From the NCBI RefSeq assembly GCF_004010195.1, contig NC_057752.1, forward strand, positions 11,762,732 to 11,782,731: DNA of 20,000 nucleotides, in the 5' to 3' direction. Position 1 is the first letter of the stretch. Each line of letters starts with the position of its first letter. This DNA is from Chiloscyllium plagiosum (Eukaryota). The notes under the pieces are model-generated. The model searched no databases and had not been told where the DNA came from. It saw only the letters and a list, made by a program, of their open reading frames with translations. Positions 10,833 through 20,000 of this stretch are shown in pieces. The position numbers and the translations under genes are program-made.

Positions 10833-11343
10833 TAGGGGAGGGGCTTGCAGCCATAGACTGGGAAAAAAAACAACTTCTGCATCACATAGATGTTTGTTAG
10901 GTTCAATTTCAATGGGGAAAATGATCAGTGCAAGGTACTTCCATTTTGCTTCTCAGCAGCAAGGATTATTTTACAAAGTCCTATGCACAGCTACAGTTCA
11001 ACTTGGGGTGTAAACTGTCTTTGGGTATTTGTATCTGGGCAATTGGTTTATTGGATTGTAATGGAGGCCACCAACTTGAGTGTGCACCTGGATGTTGACA
11101 TGGTATTCAGCAGTGGACACTCTAGTTTTCACTCAGCAATAATGTCTGGAGTGGGGTTCAGACGTATAATAACTTGTATTCATAACAACTGTGTCTTTAC
11201 AGTACCTTTAAATGAGAAAACATCTCATTTGACCTTCTGACAGAAGCAGCAATGCTATTACTGAACCAAAGTTCACTCTGCTTATGTCAACAAACTGATC
11301 TTCATAAATTATACGCCCTTCAAATCTATTTCAATATCATAGT

Positions 11344-11468
11344 AAAGCAAAATGCTGCAGATGCTGGAAATCCAGAATAGGAGTAGAGAGACAAATACTC
11401 TGGTTGGGCAGGACCTAGGGAGCAAGAAACAGAGTTAGTGTTTCAGGTCAGTGGCCTTTTGTCAGAAC
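11344..11468 (-). mobile_element. Penelope-like pseudo-LTR remnant with a decayed hammerhead core
   Basis: aaatgctgcagatgctggaaat...gaaacagagttagtgtttcaggtcagtggccttttgtcagaac. The minus strand reads CTGACAA-AAGGCC-ACT-GACCT-GAAAC. Confidence 0.65.
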
Positions 11469-13032
11469 CGAAAGAAGTTGAAAATGTCTCAGTGAGTCAT
11501 TTGTTAACTGCACATTTACTGTTCAGACTCCATAAATGAGCTGACAGCCCTCAATAAGATATATTTTATTTTCCAATCTGACTAGAGGGTTCTTGGAACT
11601 CAGTCCAATATTGCCCTGCAATTGCTGCCCAATTTTATGCAGGTACAGATATTTCACTCAATATTTCATACACAGCGAGGGATGAATCTGATGAAGTCAG
11701 GGCGAAGAGTCAACCTTCACCCAGACTGTGGATAGATCAGGCTTGAGAGGCAATGAGGCAGGAAGTGAAATTAACATGACCAACCTCAACATCCAGAGGA
11801 TGTCTGGATCAAGATGTCTTTAGACAAAGCACATAGTTGAATGGCAAGATTGAATGTCTACGTCTTGATGGTATCAAAATACACAGTAAATGTGTATTTG
11901 AATAGCTTCACAAACTGTAATGTAAATTTGAGTTATTCCATTTAATTACAGCAAAAGGAACCAATGAAGATTGCTGGAGAAATATTAGAGTAGGTTAGTA
12001 TAGTAACAATAAAAGGGTGAAGTGGAGAATGATTGACATTTGCCTATCTTTGTGTGCATAAAATGTACTCAGTCAGCTCTAAGAAGTCGCCTGCCAAATG
12101 CTTTACATTTGTATTAAATTATGCATATGCAGAACATGCTGGAGTGTAAGTTACCTGCTTTAGAATATTCATTGATTTATTGCCCCATGTTCTCTTGAAG
12201 AAGTTGGCATTTAACAAGAAACAGCAACTCAATGTAGCTAGTGTCACTAACAGTGTTAACTTGCTTCAAGAAGTAATGATGCAAATCATGGTTAGTTATT
12301 GCTGACTAGAGACATGTTGCTAAAGTAATCATCAGGACAAACACAAAGTCCATTAGAATTCTGACATCTATTCAGTTTCACATTGAATAATAAGTACCAT
12401 CTGTAGGAACTGCAGGGAGGCCTCTGGCATGCAGGAGGCAGTCATAATTTGAGTATCTCTTGTAATGATGCCAAAACTTTGTAAGATTCACACTCTGTGT
12501 TCTGGTGACAGAATTGGAGGTGCAATTCAGGCAGCCATGAATGTAGGATACTGAGACATTGCTGCAATGCAATGGTGTGGATTAGAGATCAAGTAGGTGG
12601 CTTGGTTATTGCCACCAGTCCCTTTCCATGAGAAACTGGTCAAAGCATGTATGTCCCACAGCTTGTATCAATTTATTCCAGGCAAGTCCATCTGAATCTA
12701 TAGTGCATAGGGGTAGATAGCCAGAGGAATCTTAAGCAGGTTGTCCTTCCTGCTTACTCCCTCCAATAAAGTGCCCTTTCGAAGCAGAAAAAGAGAAAGA
12801 GCCTCGGGCACAAGTACATGTAGTACAGATGCATCTTGTGATAAGCGATACATCTTTGTCATTATTAGCAAAGCTATTCACATTAAGTACCCCATGAAGC
12901 CCTGTTCCTCTGTTGGAAGTTGAGGATTTCATGATACAATTAGATGAGCAAGGTGCTTCACTTCAAACTTGGTGAACATTCATCCTAAATCAAGAGTCAG
13001 CAGTAAAAATACAGAAAATCTGGCCTTTTATC

Positions 13033-13170
13033 TTATTGCTACCTTTTGAGCCCTGCTGTGCGCAAATCAGCTGTTGCTTTTGCCTGCAAAATAAAAGGTG
13101 ACTGCTCTTTAAAGTGTTGATTTGATTGTGAAATTATTTAAGCTAAAAGCATGAAATGCACTGGAAAAAT
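13033..13170 (+). mobile_element. Deu-SINE (SacSINE1-like) 3' fragment
   Basis: tgctgtgcgcaaatcagctg...gtgactgctctttaaag...gattgtgaaa...tgaaatgcact is similar to the recalled shark DeuSINE 3' region. Confidence 0.55.
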
Positions 13171-13984
13171 CTATCTTTCCTGGAATAGAGGCACAGCATC
13201 CACTGAAACTTTGCAGTCATTAATTCTGTGCTTATTTTCATTACATAAAGAGAAGTAAAATAATAAAAATAGCAGTGGGATAAAATGGGCAATAAAGGTT
13301 TGTGAGTTCATATTGCTTCCTACTAAGTGGTTTGCACACACGTTATTGGAAGATTGTTTCATTGACAACCTCGTGAGTCCATTTTGATGGTACACCAGGT
13401 ACTGCACTCAACTTTCGCTGACTTGTCATCAATCTCCTCCTCCTAATGCTGCTCTTCATCCATGTTTAGACAAGTAAGTGTTTTCATGAAAGTGTGCAGA
13501 ATGCCAGTGCCATTCTTCCAGCACTCTTTACAGCATGTTACACATTCTGCTGCAAAATAAACAGTGGAACTATGCTCCTCAAGTTCACATGCTTTTTAAA
13601 AGAATTTTGTGTGGTGTGGTGTATATCTGGCAGATGAATTTTGAGCGAACTACCACCAAGAATTATAGTCACTTTCATTGTTTGAACTGTCAACTGCCAA
13701 AGCAGATCACAAGCCCAATATTTATTCCTGTTCAAACCACTGGGATGGAAATCAAGCAGGTTCTCCAACAGGCCAGTTGCTACGCCAGAGGTTGGCAATC
13801 TACTGTGCCTGTTTACTGTTCAGTGATGGTAAAGATTACTCTCCTGTCTCTGGGGGGCAAAGTTTTAACCAGTTATTGTTTCAGAATAATCAGGAAACAT
13901 GCCTTAGCATTAAACTTTGGACCTTGTTGGCCAGCCATGGAAGATATGCAATGAGCTGAATAATTCTGTGTCAACAATCACATG

Positions 13985-14137
13985 CCATTTGTACATCAGT
14001 AAATGCGCGAAAATAGGCTGCCCTGATTGCCTGCATCACAACAACAACTGCCCTTCAAAAATATTAATTGCATGTCAAACACAGCAGAATGTCATGAAGC
14101 TGTGAAAGGCGCTATAGAAATGCAAGATTTTTTTTTC
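13985..14137 (+). mobile_element. Deu-SINE (SacSINE1-like) 3' fragment
   Basis: Terminal motif gtgaaaggcgctatagaaatgcaagatttttttttc preceded by ggctgccc...acaacaactgcccttcaaaa. Confidence 0.65.
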
Positions 14138-15750
14138 ATTTCATAGTGGGATCATTTCCTGATAGCACTAAGATGTACAGGTGCAGTAATGCGGTTGGTA
14201 TCTCAGTAAAGGAAGCCTGTCTTGTTCAATGGCTACTTTTGCATCCTGGTATTGAATGTAATATGCCAGCATGTCAAAACAAGATATCTTTTATCTTTTA
14301 TTATGGATCACTAAATTGGCGGGTCATTGGGATTCTTTCTGCTCATCCCCAGAAGGATCCTGTGGAAAATACTTTTGGTGTAATCTTCAATTTATAATTA
14401 TTGGCAGCATGTTGCTGATTCTTGAAGAATGCACAAATGTTCCGATCATCTTCATTGTGAAGCAGAGGCTCCTCACAAAATGAGACACTGTCTCTTTGGT
14501 TGATACACAGCCCTGGGTAGCATTGAGTCTTGGTCCTTCCTATCCCTCCTTTCCTGTGTCCGCTTCACCCTGCCTATTATATTGAGACTTGGTGAGTATC
14601 ACAGTTCAAAACTTGCCTCTTTGCTCCATAATGAATCACAATTTATATGGAAAAGTATATTTAATTTAACTATGTGAGAGTTGGGTATGAAGAAAATGAA
14701 GGCTGACTGAATTGCTGATTAAGGAGCCCAAGAAACATTGAGACTACTCCATGAGCAGTAACACATGAGACGACTTCACCTTAATGCCTCCTCAGTGTAT
14801 GTGCTTGATCGAATGACCATGTCTCTTATTCAAACTAGTTTTGGAAGCTTTGTGACTAATGAGCAGCTAGCAGATAGATCAGTGTCTGACTTTGTACTTT
14901 GCATTGTCATCTTACAGGAAAGGAGCCTGGGGTAAGGTCATTCCACATTTTTCATTACTGTTTCCTAGCCACTTCTCAGTCAGACTCTGGTTGTATTAAT
15001 AAATCTACAATCTGAAGTAACCTTTGCATGTGTACTGAATATTGTTGCCCAAACTTTATTGCTTAACATCATAGCAATCCTGGCAGACCATGGTAGTTGT
15101 GGTGACAGCTCCTGAGCAAAGAATTCATGGTCCTGAATTTGCACTGCTTTGGCACACTGAAATTATGTGGAGCGTGCTTAGAGAGAACGTCATTGCCTAC
15201 GTTTGAGAATCTTCATTCTGTATGATTTGCATTGTTTACACACTTTATTTGTGAATGGTTCTTCCAGAACTTGTCAAGCTAGGTTTTAATGTAGTTGTGT
15301 GTTGACTTTGCATAATGTTTGGAAAATGAAAAAGGTAAATTAGAGAACCTATTTCAGTATTCTACAGGACTCTTCAACACTATTTTAAATAAACTTATAA
15401 AGTCCTTTCCCAAGGTTCATGTTCAATCAGGGAGCATAGTGTGTTATTCACTCTCCACAGATTAACCATGTATCACACTGCCAGCCATGATGCACTTTGC
15501 ACACTTCACACTGGCATCAAGTTGGTCAATAGCATTTGAATATTGAACCCAAACTTCAATAGTTTTTCCGATTCTGTGCTGGAAGCAATCTTCAGTTTAA
15601 ATTTAAAATGTGGGATTATAATTCAAGCAACATGGTGAAGCGTGACTGCAGTTGCTTCAAGCTTGCAGTGTTCATTTTTGTTTTTTGTGAATATTTGTAG
15701 TTGTTGCAGAATAGTTTGCAATGTTTATATCTTAAGATTTTGTCTTTTAG

Positions 15751-15810
15751 TGAACACGAAGAAAGATTCTGAATCGGCTCCAGTGAAAGGTGGCACTATG
15801 ACTGATCTCG
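15751..15810 (+). CDS. SMARCC2: SMARCC2 internal coding exon, 60 nt, phase 1 to 1: (V)NTKKDSESAPVKGGTMTDL(D)
   Basis: Acceptor ttttgtcttttag ends at 15750 and donor GTAAAA starts at 15811. The peptide matches recalled SMARCC2 VNTKKDSESAPVKGGTMTDL, and the phase fits both neighbours. Confidence 0.96.
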
Positions 15811-16004
15811 GTAAAAAAATAATGTATATTCATTGATCTGTTCACCCATGTCAATCCATCTCCACCCCAATCTATCTATCTTTCACTCTCAATTGATCTA
15901 ACTGCCTATCCCATTCCACTTAGTTAGCTTTAACTCTACATCTCTGTCAAAATTTTAGCAAAAATGATTGATAGAGCACGAAGTTGCATTCCAGCCCATA
16001 TTCT

Positions 16005-16236
16005 CGGCTAAATTTCCAGTGCAGTACTGAGGAAGTACTGCATTGTTTTACATGTCCTGTTTTGGATGAGATGTAAAACTGAGACCTGCTTACATGGTCA
16101 GGTGAAATGTTCAAGATCTTTTGGCACTATTTGAGAAGAGTAGAATATTTTTAAGGTGTCTTTATTTCTTATCAAAAGCAGATTATCTGGTCATTTATCT
16201 CATCGTTGTTTGTTGGAGCGAGCTGTACACAAATTG
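16005..16236 (+). mobile_element. Deu-SINE (SacSINE1/AmnSINE-like) central Deu core
   Basis: tccagtgcagtactgaggaagtactgca...ggatgagatgtaaaactgag...tcaggtg...aagatcttttggcactatttgagaagag...cagattatctggtcatt matches the recalled Deu-domain consensus. Confidence 0.75.
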
Positions 16237-16525
16237 ATGTAGTCTACTTGGACTTAAGCAATGGTTTTGATAAGGTCCCATATGAGACTCTGTTCGCAAA
16301 GGTAAGACCACATGGAATCCAAGGAAATTTGACTAATTGGATCCACGATTGGCTGAGGACCAGGAAACAGAGTTTGACGGTCAAGGCGTCTGAATCCAGT
16401 GGGGACCAACAGGGTAACTGTTGGGGCCCTTACTGTTTGTGGATTATATAAATAACTTAGACTTGAATGTAGGAGGTTCGATCAGTAAGTTTGCAGATGA
16501 TACAAAATTTGATGAAATGGTAAAT
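16233..16525 (+). mobile_element. CR1 RT internal fragment
   Basis: IDVVYLDLSNGFDKVPYETLFAKVRPHGIQGNLTNWIHDWL...GPLLF...YINNLD...SKFADDTK. Confidence 0.88.
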
Positions 16526-16683
16526 AATTACAATATTCACTTTGACCCAAGAATTGCTTTCCATAATAAAACTAAGTAGCCATTACCACACTAGAGAAAG
16601 AAATCAACAACCCATTTAAAACGTAACTAAAGGTTTAGCTAAGTTTAAGTGACTAAAAATTTTAAATTCATGTGCTACTCTAA

Positions 16684-17406
16684 ATCAGAATTTTACCTGC
16701 ACTTCCACACGTCATTTACTGTATCTGTTGCTCCCGATTAGGGAGTCAGGATGCCTACTTGCAGAACACTTCAGAGATTAGGGCGGCACGGTGACTCAGT
16801 GGTTAGCACTGCTGCCTCTCAGCACCAGGGTCCCAGGTTCGATTTCAGCCTTGGGTGACTGTCTGTGTGGAGTTTCCTCCGGGTGCTTCAGTTTCCTCCC
16901 GCAGTCCAAAGATGTGCAGGTTCAGGTAAATTGGCCACGCTAAATTGTCCTATAGTGTTAGGTGCATTCGTCAGAGGGAAATGGGTCTAGGGGGAGGGTT
17001 ACTATTTGGAGGGTCAGTGTGGACTGGTTGGGCTGAAGGGCCTGTTTCCACACTAAGGAATCCAAAAAAAAGAACATCTCCGGGACACCCACATCAACCA
17101 ATTTCATCGCCCTGTGGCCCAAAACTTCAACTCCCCCTCCCACTCCACCAAGGACATGCAGGTCCTGGGCCTCCTCCATCACCAAACCCTAACCACCCGA
17201 CGCATCTACCTATCGCACTCTCAGCTACCTTCCCCCCCTCCCATTTATCTCTCCACCCCTTTGGCTCACAAGCCTCATTCTTGATGAAGGGCTTATGCCC
17301 GAAACATCGATTCTCCTGCTCCTCGGATGCTGCCTGACCTGCTGTTCTTTCCAGCACCACACTCTCGACTCTGATTTCCAGCATCTGCAATCCTCACTTT
17401 CTCCTA
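16684..17406 (+). mobile_element. Penelope-like retroelement 3' fragment: GIY-YIG endonuclease remnant plus pseudo-LTR, split by a SINE
   Basis: Reconstructed FTCTST-VIYCICCSR...ESGCLLAEHFRE|HLRDTHINQFHRPVAQNFNSPSHSTKDMQVLGLLHHQTLTTRR (Cys/His-rich PLE GIY-YIG). It is followed by a pyrimidine-rich tract and a pLTR ttgatgaagggcttatgcccgaaac...ctcactttctccta, homologous to 18917-19119. Confidence 0.85.
16781..17071 (+). mobile_element. HE1-type tRNA-derived SINE, near full length
   Basis: Head GGGCGGCACGGTGACTCAGTGGTTAGCAC, B box GGTTCGATTTC at 16836-16846, core gtttcctccgggtgct, CR1-like tail gttgggctgaagggcctgtttccacact and an A-rich end. Confidence 0.93.
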
Positions 17407-17487
17407 CTTTTAATCTGGTCAATCGCAGAGGCAAATTGTGAGCAGGGTCAGTCAGAGGTGAAAGCTGTTAAAACCAAATTAATTTCA

Positions 17488-17677
17488 ATGCCTCTGTACC
17501 ATTTTTTGAAATGTGGAGACAAGAACGGTTTGCACTCTTCCAAGTGTAGTCTAGTGGTCCAATCCTGATATAGGGTCCTGCCTGAAATGTCAATTCCCCT
17601 GCTCTTCTGATGCTACTTAACCTGCTGTGCTTCTTCCAGCCCCACATTTTATCAACCCCTAGTGTAGTCTAACCAAT
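17488..17677 (-). mobile_element. Short CR1 remnant that hosts a Penelope pLTR insertion
   Basis: ggagacaagaac...ctcttccaagtgtagtcta|accaatg is the reverse of the CR1 LVRPHLEYCVQFWSP coding region. Confidence 0.6.
17554..17660 (+). mobile_element. Solo Penelope-like pLTR fragment with an 11-bp target-site duplication
   Basis: cctgatatagggtcctgcctgaaatgtcaattcccctgctcttctgatgct...acctgctgtg...ccagc is homologous to 17281-17356. It is flanked by direct repeats AGTGTAGTCTA at 17543-17553 and 17661-17671. Confidence 0.75.
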
Positions 17678-18916
17678 GAACCAACAGGCAATGCCAAAGT
17701 ATTTGTTTTGTTACATCAACAGAGTGCCTGGACACTGTCTTAAGGCTCACCTGCGGGTTGTTCACCGACTAATTGAGCTTCATATTTATAGCTTGACATT
17801 TAGCGCTAATCCAGGACTGAGGTTGGATACGCACTACAGGAGTTCACTACCATATTGACAGCAATAATACTGACACAAGATACCTAGAAATGTGTCAAAT
17901 ACACCCCTTTGAAATTCTTTGGATTGATAAATTGGACCACCTTTGGGACCATATACAGTTAGCAGCACCAACTGAGATAGACCAAACAGTAATCTGGTTC
18001 AATTCAAAACAAAGTTCTTTATCCAAGATCCTCGCCCCTTAAATTTTCCTACATACTCAGAGATACATGTCTCTGGTTACAGTGCACCTCAAGGTATAGC
18101 ATTTCCATGTTTGCCTGAATCTGGATCATTGCTAGCAATGCCCAAAGTGTAGTCATTGCCAATCATTTACAAGAGACATCCAGGAATATTGATATTTTTG
18201 TGTGCCTTGTTTCTGGTTGTCTAACAGGAAGCCCTCTGTCCTTAGATCAGTTTATTCTAGCACTTGATTTGACTTCTCCGTTGCGCGATGGATCATGATT
18301 CTCAGCAGAGGTTCTAAGAGAAGATATTTCAGAACAGTAATCTTACTTGCCAAAGTGACCACTTGAGTTATACCTGCTCAGCCAATGACCCCCGAGTAAA
18401 CTTAACCAGTAAAAATTGACCATGTCGTATCCCTGGACCTGTCACTGTGGTCAGATGATATTACCCTGCAACAGCTGCTCTCAGCACAGTTGACCGTGCT
18501 GTACTGTATCCTTAAGGAATGAAGTCCCAATAATAAGGGAACTGAGTTCAGAGCAAGTTGTCCACGTCGTGGCCTGCTTGCCACTACATGGTCTGCTTGT
18601 CTTAGGCTCAGTTCCGTTTTGGCTGGACCTCCATGTCAATCAGTTGCCACTAAAATTGTTAAGGTTGGCTCTGGAACATTGACAGATCATTGTACAGAGA
18701 AAACTGATATTTCAATGATCAGACATCACTGTGGTGGTCCACCATTTTGTATATCCACTTTGTAGACCCTGAACTCTAGCAATCCATTGAGGCTGTACTC
18801 ATGTGGTATGTAGAAGATGTAGATGATTTAAAATATAGTGGAAATCCCACAAGCCAAGCGAGCTTCACTGTGTAGAATGACTTCACATTCTTCTTTTTGG
18901 CTGCTATTCAAGAGAA

Positions 18917-19119
18917 GAAAGTGAGGTCTGCAGATGCTGGAGATCAGAGCTGAAAATGTGTTGCTGGTAAAGCGCAGCAGGTCAGGCAGCATCCAAGGAA
19001 CAGGAGAATCGACGTTTCGGGCATAAGCCTGATGAAGGGCTTATGCCCGAAACGTCGATTCTCCTGTTCCTTGGATGCTGCCTGACCTGCTGTGCTTTAC
19101 CAGCAACACATTTTCAGCT
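18917..19119. mobile_element. Young Penelope-derived palindromic mini-element (inverted pLTR pair) with a long target-site duplication
   Basis: 82-bp arms at 18948-19029 and 19038-19119 with one mismatch and an 8-nt loop. The direct repeat GCTGCTATTCAAGAGAA lies at 18900-18916 and 19117-19133. Confidence 0.9.
19029..19056 (+). ncRNA. Minimal type-I hammerhead ribozyme core motif (Penelope-associated)
   Basis: CUGAUGA-A-[GGGC-UUAU-GCCC]-GAAA-C-GUC has all conserved core residues, a 4-bp stem II, a palindromic ACGU stem III and a GUC cleavage triplet. Stem I is poorly formed in this copy, so activity is not demonstrated. Confidence 0.65.
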
Positions 19120-19237
19120 GCTATTCAAGAGAAACAGGAAACAGGAAAGAAACTTTTTAAAAATTTGGACACTCTCTTCAGAAGACATTTACACTACATA
19201 CTAGGAAAATAATATTGATCACTGTTTTCTTTTCCAG

Positions 19238-19275
19238 ATGAGCAGGAGGATGATAATCTGGAGACGACTGGCAAG
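19238..19275 (+). CDS. SMARCC2: SMARCC2 internal coding exon, 38 nt, phase 1 to 0: (D)EQEDDNLETTGK
   Basis: Not in the ORF track. Acceptor ctgttttcttttccag ends at 19237 and donor AAG|GTAAGC starts at 19276. The peptide matches recalled SMARCC2 DEQEDESMETTGK in the expected phase. Confidence 0.93.
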
Positions 19276-19493
19276 GTAAGCATGCTGAACCGGCATCATT
19301 CCAATACACTTTGTACTCTGTCAGATAGTTTTCTCTTGACTCAGTTTTTTTGCACTTTTAAACGTTTTTTTGAATTGCAAGATTGTATCTTAATGTCATA
19401 CCATCAGTGCCATTTGTCACTGAGTTGGGTTTTGTTGAACTAATGGGGTAAGGTATGGTGGATGATTGACTGCATAAATGCTGGGTCACTGAA

Positions 19494-20000
19494 GTCATAG
19501 AGATGTACAGCATGGAAACAGACACTTCAGTCCAACCCGTCCATGTTGACCAGATATCCCAACCCAATCTAGTCCCAACTGCCAGCACTCAGACCATATC
19601 CCTCCAAACCCTTCCTATTCATATACCCATTCAAATGCCTCTTAAATGTTGCAATTGCATCACCTCCACCACTTCCTCTGGCAGCTCATTCCATACATGT
19701 ACCATCCTCTGTGTGAAAAGGTTGCCCCGTAGGTCTCTTTGATATCTTTCCCCTCTCACCCTAAACCTATGCCCTTTAGTTCTGTACTCCCCGACCTCAA
19801 GGAAAAGACTTTGCCTATTTACCCTATCCTTACCCCTGATAATTTTGTAAACCTCTATAAGATCACCCCTCAGCCTCTGACGCTCCAAGGAGAACAGTCA
19901 TAGCCTGTTCAGCCTCTCCCTATCGCTCAAATCCTCCAACCCTGGCAACATCCTTGTAAATCTTTTCTGAACCCTTTCAAGTTTCACAACATCTTTCCGA
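19494..20000 (-). mobile_element. Younger CR1 LINE 3' end (third copy of the family), runs off the window end
   Basis: Tail gtcatagagatgtacagcatggaaacag. Minus ORF 19631-19888 RLRGDLIEVYKIIRG...GHRFRVRGERYQRDLRGNLFTQR...WNELPEEVVE. Confidence 0.95.

Noticed and set aside
11688..11712. CTGATGA...GGCGAAGAGTC as another hammerhead
   Set aside because: GAAG instead of GAAA, stem II would need a 2-nt loop, and there is no flanking pLTR homology.
13535..13959. Overlapping 139/93/86-aa ORFs
   Set aside because: No recognisable domain or splice context, so they are likely chance ORFs in intron or decayed repeat.
16781..16855. tRNA gene
   Set aside because: The A/B boxes continue into a SINE body and CR1-like tail. 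It is a SINE head with no full cloverleaf.
18700..18790. IRHHCGGPTILYI resembling a LINE APE endonuclease motif
   Set aside because: Too short and degenerate to call without a profile search.

Overview
Eukaryotic, repeat-rich vertebrate DNA, almost certainly a shark or other elasmobranch (HE1-type tRNA SINEs, CR1/HER1 LINEs, Deu-domain SINEs, Penelope-like elements). The window lies inside SMARCC2 (BAF170, SWI/SNF core subunit) on the + strand. Three small coding exons (9798-9922, 15751-15810, 19238-19275) splice in frame to ...[74 protein letters not shown]. The rest is intron, and most ORFs in the track are retroelement fragments or noise. The most interesting signal is a set of five Penelope pseudo-LTR-derived inserts, each carrying a hammerhead-ribozyme-like core (CUGANGA-A-stem II-GAAA-C-GUC). 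The youngest is a ~200-bp insertion with a long flanking direct repeat that folds into an 82-bp near-perfect hairpin ~120 nt upstream of an exon. Other notable structure: a three-level nested CR1/SINE/CR1 insertion, inverted young CR1 copies and inverted SINE copies bracketing the exons (dsRNA/circRNA geometry), a strong orphan splice acceptor, a tandem in-frame acceptor and a degenerate ~33-bp minisatellite. Repeat family names come from recalled consensus motifs, not from a database search, and repeat boundaries are approximate.
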